A stretch of DNA of 64,000 bases from Rhizaria sp. SCN 62-66. Taxonomy: Eukaryota. The stretch is from positions 1 through 64,000 of the forward strand of contig MEDY01000050.1 in the NCBI GenBank assembly GCA_001724265.1. Direction: 5' to 3'. The notes below the pieces were generated by a model, which was given only the letters and a program-made list of their open reading frames with translations, made no database searches and was not told where the DNA came from. Position 1 is the first letter of the stretch, and every line of letters starts with the position of its first letter. Shown here piece after piece: positions 47,301 through 58,200 of the stretch. The position numbers were made by a program, and so were the translations under genes.

Positions 47301-48695
47301 TGCCAGCAATACCGGGATAACAAGGCCAAGCGGCGCCGACAACTGAAGATCAAGCAGGAGCAAGATATGGACGACGATGATGCTGTTGTCAAGACTGAGA
47401 GCAACAAGGGTGACGTCACAGCATCTGATGACGACGATGACGACGTCAATAACGACGATGCTGGCAGCGAGAGTGAAAACGACGATGACGACACAGACAT
47501 CAAATCCCGCCCCAGTGGTGGTGGTGACCGTGAGCAGCTCTGGTCCTCTTCTTCTTGCCGTGCCTGGCTCTACTCCCAGTCCTCGCGCGCAGTCTCCCGC
47601 CTGCGCCGCTCCGCGCTGCGCTGGCTCTGGCGCCACGGCCTGGGCCCCAGCGTGCACGCCGCGGTCGCCGCGCTTCTGGGCCGCGGGTTCCAGTCCCGCG
47701 GCGTGCGCTGCGTGTTTTCTGACCCGCACACCGCGATCCAGACGCCGCACCGCGACACCGTCGCTGTGGAGGTCAACTGCTTCACGGCGCTGACGAGCCT
47801 CACGCCCCGGTCCGGAGCGAGTTGTTTCTACCCGGGTTCGCACAACACGCTCGGTGGACCTCACGATCCCCTGCTCGACTCTGGTAGCAACAATGGCAGC
47901 ACGAAGAACGGGTCTGGTTCGAGCGAGGCCGAGCTCGCGGCCCGCGTCGGCCTGTGTTCCGTGACTGGCCGCAGCGCACAGTCGCCCGCGGTGCAGTTCC
48001 CTCTGCGGCCGGGCGACTGCGTGGTGTTCAACTCGACGCTGGGGCACTACGGCAGCGACTCGCGCGAACTCCGGCCGATGGGTTTTATGGCCTTTAGGGG
48101 GCGCGCGCGCATGCGGGCGCCGACGAGGCGCACTGTGACGCACGGTAGCCACGGCCACGGTCAGAGCGCAAGTCAGCAGAGCGCGAATCAGCAGAGTCAG
48201 GGTCAGGGCAAAGAGTGGTGGGATGAGTGGGATTACCACTCGCAGGAGCACAGTAATACCAATGCGAACAAGAACAACTCGACCAAGAGCGACGCCGCTA
48301 AAGGAAAGAGTGTGAAGAGTGTTGTGAGTCAATCTAGCCCGTCTCCCAAGAACACCTCGAGTAACGTCGATGGCGCTGGCCTGAGCAGTACTCCTGAGTC
48401 TCACTGGCGCGAGTGGGGGTACGATATCAACAACGAGACGCATTATCACACTGCGCTGCACCGGGCGGGCCGCTCCAATAGCAGCAACGCCCACAGCAAC
48501 GGTAACGCTGGGAACAGCAGCAGCCGCAGCAGTCATAATAGTCCCAGTATTGGTCACAGTCGCGGTGCTGATGAGGTTGACACTGGTGCCAGCGGCGGTG
48601 GGTGGCGCGTGCCGGTGGGGCTGCGGTTTGACGTCTTTGACCCGCGCTTCCCGATTATTTTTAAGAATAACGAGGGCGACTCGTATTCTGTTTAA
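44358..48695 (+). CDS. Large low-complexity protein with C-terminal PhyH-like Fe(II)/2-oxoglutarate dioxygenase domain
   Basis: QTPHRDT (HxD), CFTALTSLTPRSGASCFYPGSH and LRPGDCVVFNSTLGHYGS (distal His) follow the phytanoyl-CoA dioxygenase family pattern. First ATG 44358. Ends TAA. Confidence 0.78.
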   Translation: MLRGVSAAAAADQSRSPSRGASACVPGSALSASASSPHSRSNLTTTTAAALHATPAVKRARVARTTRSHNSADSGHSDTNNDDDDSSRDDSDVSNDDCDGDNGNDSDVGAAASRSRRSSSLRSCASREEAFLTLYTRPAAATAPNVTVRNNNSNNATLLKTPFKTAAAATAQEKTPASAKLKASADSSAVKSPLKRPFSPSTHTSQQLTVNSSPAATVSAVAVSTSAAPFCAATAADAGTAVSASGRLQRRQRGPAQLWRGEGASLAAVARFVESDSGSESGSASDSGSGSGLSNAGSEAENEAENESVRVDTKSALKKDAAKVATKTNSSANITVNKNKSIAAANGHNKSSSSKAKTPVKSLVGAKTTPNKKSSTPVSVKTIAKTQVKAKVTKNIKTVSNADSDSGSVGDSHSHSVSQSGSDSDDDSSDGERSQITRDPLGRIARYSCALGGGGLGPSHLNDTALASANYNARADADASRGRSKAKGVGKGLGRRQYHQFPVTVVWPEHGDYWHPLACAPPPLPAAVAAAAAAAAPARALLPIIPYRAPPVSHVEEKMNAKARSNTSAVKASALAVAGAPLLPSSSSSNPLSLPSSSSSLALRPSPSLAASTHKPESTSQAQSRLTAPLPLSALLRGRGMAVIRGGPAAQGWAAMLLDEVNSRVTYRSSTVVTNAQNSAHNGSNSEATMTGISDSNNPSKAPANSTESAQLPRASRVIISRRTLFSLPTASAIVEQTVQQTAAADTAAAVRLASAQANAAAAARAAAKGLTSVQQEKQQRTKDAEFKSKGLVPSPEDAAATVHAILARDTEPYCTHDGDCDLSVIHNHHNDNNGADTASEAISRSNNTYSRDEEHDDCAAVGGRCSLWFPLLSKRTVNTVISQYADWTCYNNPANNARNDAGPTVTQNGDESNSDSTESSSITTPSPTATMTNTAPKSASAPASASNASAAVSVSVTVPECPSRARAATLRALAAVLRHCCQQYRDNKAKRRRQLKIKQEQDMDDDDAVVKTESNKGDVTASDDDDDDVNNDDAGSESENDDDDTDIKSRPSGGGDREQLWSSSSCRAWLYSQSSRAVSRLRRSALRWLWRHGLGPSVHAAVAALLGRGFQSRGVRCVFSDPHTAIQTPHRDTVAVEVNCFTALTSLTPRSGASCFYPGSHNTLGGPHDPLLDSGSNNGSTKNGSGSSEAELAARVGLCSVTGRSAQSPAVQFPLRPGDCVVFNSTLGHYGSDSRELRPMGFMAFRGRARMRAPTRRTVTHGSHGHGQSASQQSANQQSQGQGKEWWDEWDYHSQEHSNTNANKNNSTKSDAAKGKSVKSVVSQSSPSPKNTSSNVDGAGLSSTPESHWREWGYDINNETHYHTALHRAGRSNSSNAHSNGNAGNSSSRSSHNSPSIGHSRGADEVDTGASGGGWRVPVGLRFDVFDPRFPIIFKNNEGDSYSV

Positions 48696-49178
48696 GTTAT
48701 TTCTCTTCGAGGTCACGCTTTGCTGTGAAGATGAAGAGCAAAGATTTGTTATTTAGTTTCAAGATATGACGGCATATATGGCAGTTAATTAAGATTATTG
48801 TCAGGTATACTATACTATATAAATATTTATTTAGCATATTACGTATTAAATTTGATTTACGACTATATTGATTGTCATGCAGCGTAAAAACGTGTTTGCA
48901 CCACAGTGACTCGGATGGACACACAGCGGTGGACAGGTGCCAGAGTGGGGCGACGTAGGGAGGCAATCGGCAATTTTCCAAGAAGATTTCGACATATCAG
49001 ACACGTAATGAGAAATGTTAACAGGACTTCTATGATATGATATAAACTCTAGAATTTGATTCCATTTTGCTCATTTCATACAACGAACTTTGCCGTGTTT
49101 TACAGACCTTTTCTTTCCCCACCCCTCGTCGAAGCACTGAGGACTCGTGCAAGCACAACGTCGCGACGCTGAGGAGCA

Positions 49179-49962
49179 ATGGTGCTCGTTTCTTTTTCTG
49201 GTGTGGTCATCAAGGATCTCACTCCTATTGCTGATCTCGGATCTGATGGTGCGTCCTCTCCTCGAACCGCCTTTATACCACTCGTATCAAAGCTAGTACC
49301 TTGCGTCTTTCTGCCTTGCTTCACCAAACAATAACCCCTATCTCACTCTCTTTGCTACCCGCTATCATCTCTTGTTTTCAATCTTGCCATCCACAGTCTT
49401 CCAAGAGTTCGTGAATTATGCATTGGCGAACGTCTTCGGTCAGAAGACCTCTGCGAAGGCCATCTCGCGCGTCGCCGCGGCGCTGAGCATCGACGCCGAG
49501 CTCGTCCACAAGGCCATCCTCGCCGTCGCCGCCGTGCTCATCGAGTCCGCCAAGCAGAACGCGTCCGACGACGACTTTGCCACCTCGCTCTCCGACCTCC
49601 GCCTTACCGTTGACAACGCCGCCGCGCTGCACAGCGCGTATAAGAGCAACAGCGCAACGCTCCGCGAGTACCTCGCGTCGTCCTCGCTGCAGCTGCCCAG
49701 CTACGCCGACCTGGACTGGCGCCTCGACATCGAGGTCTCCTCGCGCGCGCTGCGCCAGGAAGTCAAGCCACAGTTCCTGCTCGAGCTCAAGACTCACCCC
49801 GGCGGCTCCGCCGAGGCCCAGGGCGGCGCTGGCGTCGAGGCCCAAAGTAAGTACCTCCAGTCCGACTACGCCACGCTGCAGCGCATCGCTGACGAGCTCA
49901 CCAAGGCCGTCGCCGAGGCTAAGTCCGGCCACGCACGCCGCATCATGCGCTACGTCAAGTAA
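49179..49962 (+). CDS. COMMD2: COMM domain-containing protein 2
   Basis: join(49179..49248,49397..49962), 211 aa, intron GTGCGT..CACAG. LPSYADLDWRLDIEVSSRALRQEVKP and LQSDYATL...L..A..E.KS.H.RRIMRYVK match COMMD2. Ends TAA. Confidence 0.9.
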
Positions 49963-50275
49963 GTCCCGACGGGTTTTGCTCAGCGCGCGGGGGGTTGCTA
50001 TTTGATCTTTATTTGTGTCACATTCGTACGTATTGTTTAGTTTAGATTCCGTCTGAAGAGTGCTGTTACGCCGCTCTTCTGTCACCACTCATTTAGAATA
50101 CAAAGTTGTTCATAAAAAGCATTACAAGTTTGTGATAATTCAATAATTTATTGTTTATTGATTGATGTATATGAAAATAATAGCACATTCTGGCCAGCCT
50201 CATACATAAAATACGACTTTTTTCACTCTCAAGCAACCAGTAGCCTACGTTGCTTGTCACTTGTCACTTTTCACT

Positions 50276-52764
50276 TCACTTGCTCACCACAGCGCCGGCG
50301 GCGGGGGCAGCAGCGGCCCGGGCCTTCCCCTGCTGTTGCTGCTGCTGTTCGGCGTACACCGCGGCGGCCGCGGCCATCTTGTAGGCCTTGGGCGGAACGG
50401 GCACCTCGAGCTCCTGCGTGCCGCGGGAGACCTGCCAGAGCCACTTGTTGCGGCGGTACGCGGAGCTGATGCCAAACAGAGAGATGTCCTCGGGCGCAAG
50501 GTACCAGAAATGAGGCTCCTTGACCTCGGCGAACTTGTACGACGCCGCCTCGAACTCTGTGGAGTGAAACAGCAGCAAAACAGAAGTCGAGAAAAAACGG
50601 TGAGGATAAAGCCATGTGAGAAATTCATCGTGGATTCAGAAATGGAAAGCAAAAATTCATTTTAACATGATAATTTAGCAATGAATTGCAGTTATTTAAC
50701 GTCGTAAAGTCGTAAAGCCATCATTTTGTGACGTCTTGCAAGCGTACCAGCGTAGGTGATGCGCTCCTCCTGGGTCTTCTTGAGGACCTGGTAGTAGCGC
50801 GCAGCGATGTCTTTGGGGCTCTGCGCGTGCCAGCGGACCTGTATATGCAGATCAACAAAAATGCAAACAAATACATATGACATATCAGATGAGGTGACAC
50901 TCGTGGACATTGTTTCAGATTCCATTGGATGTGACATAAGTTTACGCATTGAACAACCCAGGATAATACAACAGCGAAAAGCAAGATTATTGTTTCAAGA
51001 CGAGAATTATTTCACAAGCATGCAAGCAATTAGCGTCTCTACGTACGGGCCAGGCGTCGGTGACCATAAGCGAATCAAGGTCGAAGTGGCCAGTCAGACG
51101 CATCTTATCAAGCATCTCTGCAAAGGCGCCGAACCCCAGCTCGTTGCCACTGGTCGCAGTCGCGTTTGCAGCGTTGCCGCCGTTGCTGCCGCTGTTGGCG
51201 GCAACGGTGGCGAGGCGCCAGGCCATGGCGAGCCGCTGCTGCGGCTGCTTGTCGCAGTTGCGTCGGGAGCGCGCCGACACTGTGCGGTGGCGGTACATAT
51301 ACTCCAGGTGGCCGGCGCGCGCGGCCGCGTCTTCGGGGCTCAGCGTGCGCGGGTCCGCGCGGACCACGTGGGGCGGCGCGAAGGCCTTGTGCGCGGGGTG
51401 CGTCGGCGGCATGAAGTCGGTCAGGATGTTGGCCAGCGCGAACATGGCCTCCTGTGTGGAAGTGGAGCAAGAAGGAATAGACAAGATATAATTCAGTGAG
51501 ATAAAGCGATTTCGGAATAATAGTTACAAAAAAGTTATAAAACTATGAAATACATATTAAAATTAAGTGATACACAAATGGAAGTCGATTATCTTGATGA
51601 GATATCTCATAAAGAAAGTTTTTGTGAGCGTTGACGTACGTGTAGACCGACGCCGACGTTGGGCCGCGGGCGGCAACTGCGCAGCAGCACCATGGGGTCC
51701 CACGGCTTGAGGGGCCGCTCGTCGGTCTGCTTGTCCCCGTACCAGTCGTCCGTGTCGGTCAGCGGCACCTGCGTCACGGGCGTCGTGCGCTTGATCGCGG
51801 CTCGCAGCGCCTCGGACTCGGCCGTGGGCACAAACTGCGGCGCCGCCGCGGCAGCAGCCTCCGCCGCGGCTTCGGCCTCGCCGTGGCTCTTGCCGGCCGC
51901 CAGCGCGTCGGCGTGCGCGCGCTCCTTGAGCTGCGCAATGGCGGCGAGCGCGGCGGCCCGCTCTGCGCGCACGACGGCTTCGTAGGCGTCGCGCATGCCG
52001 TCGGTGGCAGCGTAGAACTGCTCGCGCGCGTCACGGTGCGCCTTGAGCGTCTTGAACACGATCTCCGTCAGCGTGTCGGCCGAAACGGCGCCCTGCGGGG
52101 AGGTGCGGGCCGCGGCCTCGGTGTAGATGCGGTCCAGGTCGCGCGAGGTCAGCATGTACGTGTCAGCGATGTAGTCGTAGGTAGAGCCCTCGAGCGGCGC
52201 GTTGGCAGCAGAGAGAATCTGCTTCTTCTTGGCGTCGTAGCGCGTGTGGCGCAGGAAGCCGTAGCACGCAAGAAGGGCCGCGGAGGCAATGCCAAGAAGG
52301 AGGAGAGGCTTGCGGAGCTTCTTGAAGTACTTGTTCTCCTTCTTGTCCTCGTCCTTCTTCTTGTTCTTGTCGTTGTCGTTGTTCGTGTTGTTTGAGTTGT
52401 TGTTCTCACTGCTGCTGCTGTTACTACTGTTGGTGTTGAGAGTGGCGCCGGTGGTGGCGGAGGCGATAGGGTCAACAGCTGCGGAGGCGCTGGGGGCGGC
52501 GGGAGTAGCGGAGGCAGCAACAGCGGCGGAAGCGGCGGGCGCAGAGGTGGCAGCGGGGGCAGCAGCGGCCGAGGCAGCGGGGGTAGCGACGGCGGAGGCG
52601 GCGGGCGCGACAGGAGCGGCAGTGGTAGAGAAAGCAAGCTTGGAGGAGGAGAAGAGCGAGCTCGGGGAAGTGCGCGCAGCGGGAGCGAGCGCGAGAGAGC
52701 GCAGCGCAGGGGAGCTGGCGATGGTGGATGTCACTCCCCGCACCAGCGTCACGGCGCGGCGCAT
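50276..52764 (-). CDS. Uncharacterised, probably mitochondrial, single-pass membrane protein, ~633 aa
   Basis: complement join(52764..51640,51451..51047,50838..50748,50556..50276); three GTACGY..CAG introns keep frame. Arg/Ser/Ala-rich, acid-free N-terminus (MRRAVTLVRGVTSTIASSPALRSLALAP) and one hydrophobic segment LLLLGIASAALLACYGFL. Ends TGA. Confidence 0.7.
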
Positions 52765-53114
52765 TTTCGGAGCACTGGGAGCGCAGAGACGAGAGATTGG
52801 CGTATGATGAGAAATGGAATTGGATATAACAAGAAAAGCTAAATTTAAATCAGGTTCTAGTCCTTTTGTTCTTATTGCTCGGCCTCATTACGGTTTGCCA
52901 GACCCGTTTTGTCACGAGTCTCAACACCACCCAACCGAGCCAGCTCGGCCGGTCCAGCGCGAGCACGTGAACTCAAAAACAGCCATTTTTTTTGTGCATC
53001 TCTGTAGCGCTCTCTCGACCGTCATCCGCAATTCAAAGGGGACCACGCTATTGAACATTTAATCACAGGCTTATTTTTATTATTCGCCCTCCATTCCACT
53101 CCGACCCCAGTTCC

Positions 53115-53879
53115 ATGCGCCAGTACGCCGGGTATGCCACTGCCTTCCTGCTGGGCGGCTTTGCGCTCGCTTACAAGATCGGCTACCGCGTTGCCACGCG
53201 CCGCAGCGAAGCCACAGTCTCGGCCGCGACGTCCCGCCTTCCGCGCCTGCTGACACCGGCCGAGTTCACGGCTGCGCTGGAGACCCTGCGGCACACGATC
53301 CGTCGCTGCGATGACTTCCCCAAGCCGGGCGTTGTTTTCCGCGACTTCCTTCCCATCCTCGCTTCGCCGGCCATTTTCACCACGCTCATCTCCGCGCTCT
53401 ACACCACGGCGACGAACCGCTTCGATGCGCGCATTGATGCCGTTGTGGGGCTTGACGCGCGCGGCTTCCTGCTCGCGCCCGCGCTCGCGCAGGCCTACAA
53501 CGTCCCCTGCCTCGTGATCCGCAAGTCTGGCAAACTCCCCGGCGAGGTCGTCACCTCAGCCTACGACAAGGAGTACGGCTCCGACGTGTTCGCGCTGCAG
53601 GTTGACGCCTGGCGCGAGGTTGTCGACAGCGTGTCCGCCGCCGCCAAGGCCGCGGGCGCGCAGAGCTCGGGTACCCCGCGCGTTCTCATCGTCGACGACG
53701 TGCTCGCGACCGGCGGGACGCTGACGGCCGCTATCGAACTGATCCGCAAAGTCGGCGGCCACGTCGCCGGGTGCATCTGCCCCGTCGGGATTACCGAGCT
53801 AGAGGGCGCGGAGCGCGTCAAGGAGGCCACTGAGGCGCCGGTCGAGGTGCTGCTTAAGTTCGACGACTCGATGGAGTAA
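53115..53879 (+). CDS. APRT: Adenine phosphoribosyltransferase with N-terminal hydrophobic extension
   Basis: DFPKPGVVFRD, VVGLDARGFLLA, IRKSGKLPG, YDKEYG and the PRPP motif VLIVDDVLATGGT. Ends TAA. Confidence 0.95.
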   Translation: MRQYAGYATAFLLGGFALAYKIGYRVATRRSEATVSAATSRLPRLLTPAEFTAALETLRHTIRRCDDFPKPGVVFRDFLPILASPAIFTTLISALYTTATNRFDARIDAVVGLDARGFLLAPALAQAYNVPCLVIRKSGKLPGEVVTSAYDKEYGSDVFALQVDAWREVVDSVSAAAKAAGAQSSGTPRVLIVDDVLATGGTLTAAIELIRKVGGHVAGCICPVGITELEGAERVKEATEAPVEVLLKFDDSME

Positions 53880-55227
53880 ATAGTACATTCCATTCAACAG
53901 GAAATACGTACTCACCTTCATTTCTTAATTTAAGCCTTGTTTTGTGAGAGTCGATAAGTTAAGCCCTGCTTGTAGATAGTGTGTCATAGGACAAACACGA
54001 AAACACTGCGTGTGTCGCTGCATATAGGACTGCTTAGTATGTAACCAAGTTTTCCTTGTTGCTTAATTTGTTTGTTTACTCTCTTCTTGTTCTCAAATTG
54101 TTTAAGCGTATATTTAGTTAGAATTTTTCTGTAACATGTATTGTTATATTGTTATATTATTCTTATATTCTTATAATAATCCTTATTTCCGTTGGAGTTA
54201 TACGTTCCATCCCGACTATAAAGCGCGCAAGATCACGATACGATGTACACACACAGTTGTTGCCACTTTTTGTGTTAACATTCGTGGGAGACATGATCAA
54301 GGACGCATCACATACACAAAAAAGCACTATTATGGATCATGAGTTAAATTACTACCCTTGTTATGAAAGCGAGTGGTGTTGTCATTGAAAGTAGTGCAAG
54401 GATGATAAAATGCGAGAGAAACTGCGAGAGAAGGTGCTGTAGGTAGGAGTTTTACTGTTGTGTCAGATGCTGTTATCGTTTTCTCTGTTGGTGCGCAATT
54501 CAGGAAGCAGTCACAAAACTGCTCTTGAAACTAGTTTTAGTAAAGCACGCGTGAACAAAGCGAACTAAGCAAGCTTAAACAGATTAGCTTTACATAAGCT
54601 ATGTCATATCATATATCATATCATAACCAGATATTGGTGTGATGAAACACACCAGAAAATAAAATGCAAAATGAGACACGGGTGAAAATAGAACATGATT
54701 CGAGGAAAAACAGTTGTAATTATGATGGCATCGGAGTATTGATCCTGTTTGTCTTTGAGTGTACAAGTAAAGAGTTTGTGTGATGTTCAAGAGGGAAGCC
54801 TTTTCAAGTGGGAAAATTCAAGGCATCGCTCACAGTCACAGACACACAAACGGAAAAAAGAAGCATGAGGCTATTTGCTATCACATATCAAACAAAGCCC
54901 ACAGCAAAGAAACAAATGAAAACTCAAAACTCATCGACAAATTGAAGAAAGACACATAGACTACGCATAACACAGTGCGCAGTGAAGCACAGTATGTTCA
55001 CAACACACTGGGCACCAGTCACCTGCACTGTGGGTCGTTGTATAACCATGATAAGTGTTATCGTAGCAGAGGTGTCATAGCGGCAGATATTAAGCCACAT
55101 GGAAGAAACATAACAACAACAACGAATTGTTCTGCTCTTACCCTCAAGAGTGACAACTATGTCAACTCTCACACACACACTTGCGACTTACAAACTTATT
55201 TCCATCACCTAAGTACCCGGACACCGT

Positions 55228-58200
55228 TTACCGCATCTGATGGTGGTGGTGCAGCAAGTGGCCATTCCCCCCTTGCTGCTGCTGCTGCCTGTTCACGCCA
55301 CCGCCGCCGTAGCCGCCGTGGCCGCCGCGGGCGAGCGCGATGGCGGCCTCCTGCAGACTGGCGACGTCGTCGGCCATTGCGTGCTGGTCCTCGCTCATCA
55401 TCTGGCTCGGCGCGTCGGTCGGGGGCGCGCCGCCGATCTCGGTTGCCGCGTCCACCGCATTGGGCGCCAAAGGAGCAGCGCCCGCGACGCCGTCGACCTC
55501 GGAGTTGCCCTCGCTGCCGCTGCCGCTGAAGCCAGAGCCGGCCTCGGAGCGCGGGGCCACGCCGGGGCCCGAGGCGCGGGTGCTGCGCCCGCGGGTCTTG
55601 CTCGCGGCGCCGCCCTAAGTCAGGAACAAGAGGCGAAACACAGAAATAGTGAAAAAGCAATCAAATGAGATGAAGTAAGAAAAAACAGAGTCGGAATACA
55701 ATTTAAAAGAAATGAAACAAACGAATCATAAAATTGAAACGAGTGAAAATAAATATAAATGTTTTTTAAATCATATTTTTCTGTTTTGCGTACCTTTTGG
55801 CGGAAGCCCGCAAGGCCGAGCCCGAGGCCGATGCCGGAGCCGGTGGGTCCGCGCAGCGGTGACGCGGCGGCGGCGTCGGGGTCGAAGCGGTCGCCGCCCT
55901 CGCCGTAGTCCTCGTCCTCGTCCTCGGGCTCACGGTCGTCGTCATCGTCCTCGTCCTCCTCTTCGTCGTCGAGCGGGTGCCTGTGCCCGCCGCGGTGCTT
56001 GCGGCCGTGGCGCCCGCTGCCGCCGCCGTGGCTAGAGCTCACGCGCTCCTCGTCCTCGTCCTCGTCCGCCGCGGCCTCCGCCGCCGCCTCGAGGTATTCG
56101 GCGCCCGTCGTCGCGCTAACCACCGCACCGGGGGACCGCATCGACTCAGGGTCAGGGCTCTGGACCGCCACGTCGATGATCCGCACGCGGTTCCTGTTGT
56201 TACCGTTGCCGTTGCCATTGCCGTTGCCGCTGCCGCTGTGGCCGCCAGTCGCGCGCTTGGGGGCGAGCGCGGCGGCCACCGCGTCGTCAGTGCTGTGCGG
56301 GTGACCGTGACGGCTACTGCTGCTGCCGTTGTTGTTGTGAGAAGGGGATTTGGTCATGGCGACTGAGAGACCTGCGATGCCGCGCTTCGCGGCCGCGGCG
56401 TTGGCTGCAGCGTTTGCGTTGGCGGCGGCGTCAGCGTCGGCCTCGGCACCGGCGCCGGCGTGCGCGTTGACGGTGGGTGCGGGGATCGAGGTCGAGGGCC
56501 GGGAACCGACGCTGATGCGGTGCGGCATCGCGGCGGCGGCGGCGGCGGCGTTGACGCTGATGACGCCGAACAGGTCCACGTCGTCCACCGTGACGGCAGT
56601 CAGTGCTGCGTGGTCGCCGTTGTCGTCAGCGAGGATGTCGCCGGCAAGGCTCTTGTCGACACCAACAGCAGCGCCGCTGCTGTGCGCCGCCGCGTCGCCG
56701 GCCGTGGCTGCGGAGCCGCCGCTGCGGCTGCGGTTATGGTTCCTGCCGCTGCCGCTGCTGCTGCTGCCCGCCGCCGAAGCCGTCGCCGCGGCGGTCGCTG
56801 TTGCGGTCGTCGCGGCCACAGGTACCGAGCCGGAGCCGGAGCCGGCGCTAGAGGCATCGCCAGCGCCAGCAGCGCCAGCGCCAGCGGCGGCGGCGGCGGC
56901 AGAGGCGGGGACTGCGATGTGGCGGTCCGAGCCGACGGGGCTAGCGTCCGGCGACGGGGACGGCGAGATCGAGACGGCGGAGGCCGCGGCGACGGCGGCG
57001 GCGGCGGCCGTGGTAGTCGTGCGCCGCGACAGTGACGGCTGCGACGGCGGCTGCTGGTGCTGCTGGCCGCTGGCGACACTGCTGGCGCTGCTGGTGACGG
57101 CGTTGTTGTTGTTTGCGGCAGGGACGGAGCCGGCGGCGCTGATGATCGAGCCGTTGCGCGAGGCCGGTGCGACGCTGGCGGCCGCGGCGCCCGCGGCACC
57201 GGCGGCGAAGCCCGGGGCGGCTGCGGGGGCGACTGCGGCCTCGGAGCGGCTGCCGCGGCTGCTGGCGCGCTCGGCGGCGGTGCTGTGCAGCGGCGAGGCG
57301 TTGCCCGCGGTGCTCGTGTTTGCGTGCGTGCCGATGGCGTTGTTGTTAAGGTTGTTGAGGTTGAGCCCGTGCGCGTGTGTGTTGAAGCTCGAGTGTGAGA
57401 TGTTGGACCCGGATCTCGGCATCGCGGCGCCAGAGGCCACGTCGCTCGCCACATTGTTGTGACTGTTGTTGTTGTTGTTGTTGTTGTTGTTGCCGTTCGC
57501 GTGGCCGTTGTGGTTGTTTGTGGTGACGAGCGACATGCCAGTCGTGCTGCCCGCGTAGTTGGCCACGCTGCCGTTGTTGACCGTGCTGCCGGCCACCGCA
57601 GGGGCGCGCGCAGTGGCGACCCCGAGGCTCACGCCCGCCGCGGCCGCCGCGGCCACGGCCGTCGCGCCGTTGATGAGCCGGTGTGGCCGCCCGCCCTCCT
57701 GCCCGTGCGCGCCCATGCCGCCGCCGCGGCCGCCACCGCCGCCACTGGCATCGGCGCCCGCGGGGTGGTCCGGGGCGTCGAACTGTCCGGAATAGCCGAA
57801 GCCGCCGTAGCCGAACGAATCCTCGTCGAGCGGCTCCAGCGCCGTGGCCGGAGCCACCCACTCGCTCGTGCTGCCTGCGTGCGCGCTCGACCGGCGCCGG
57901 TCGCGGCGCGCCGTGGAGCCCGCCGCCACGGTCACCGTGACGGGGGACCCCGCGGCGACGCCCGTGGTGTTAGCGGAGGAGCGGCGGCGCGCTGAGTCGA
58001 GGGCGGCGCTGTTGCTGCCGCCGTTGTTGTTGTTGTTGTTGCTACTGTCGGCGGGCTGCATGACCAGGAAGCCGCCGATGCGCGTGGGCCGCGACGACAC
58101 GCTGTCGCGCTCACGGTCACTCTTGCTGTGGGCCGCAGCCGCGCTCGCGCTCGCGGTGTTAGCCCCGTGCGCGTGGCTGTCGCGGACGCTGGCGTCCTTG

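Noticed and set aside
46668-48716. 682-aa ORF antisense to the PhyH-like gene
   Set aside because: Shadow ORF with Val/Arg/Ala-rich antisense composition and no domain signal.
53880-55227. Short ORFs in the long AT-rich convergent spacer
   Set aside because: No coding-type GC or codon bias; most likely the 3' UTRs of APRT and the ARM-like gene.
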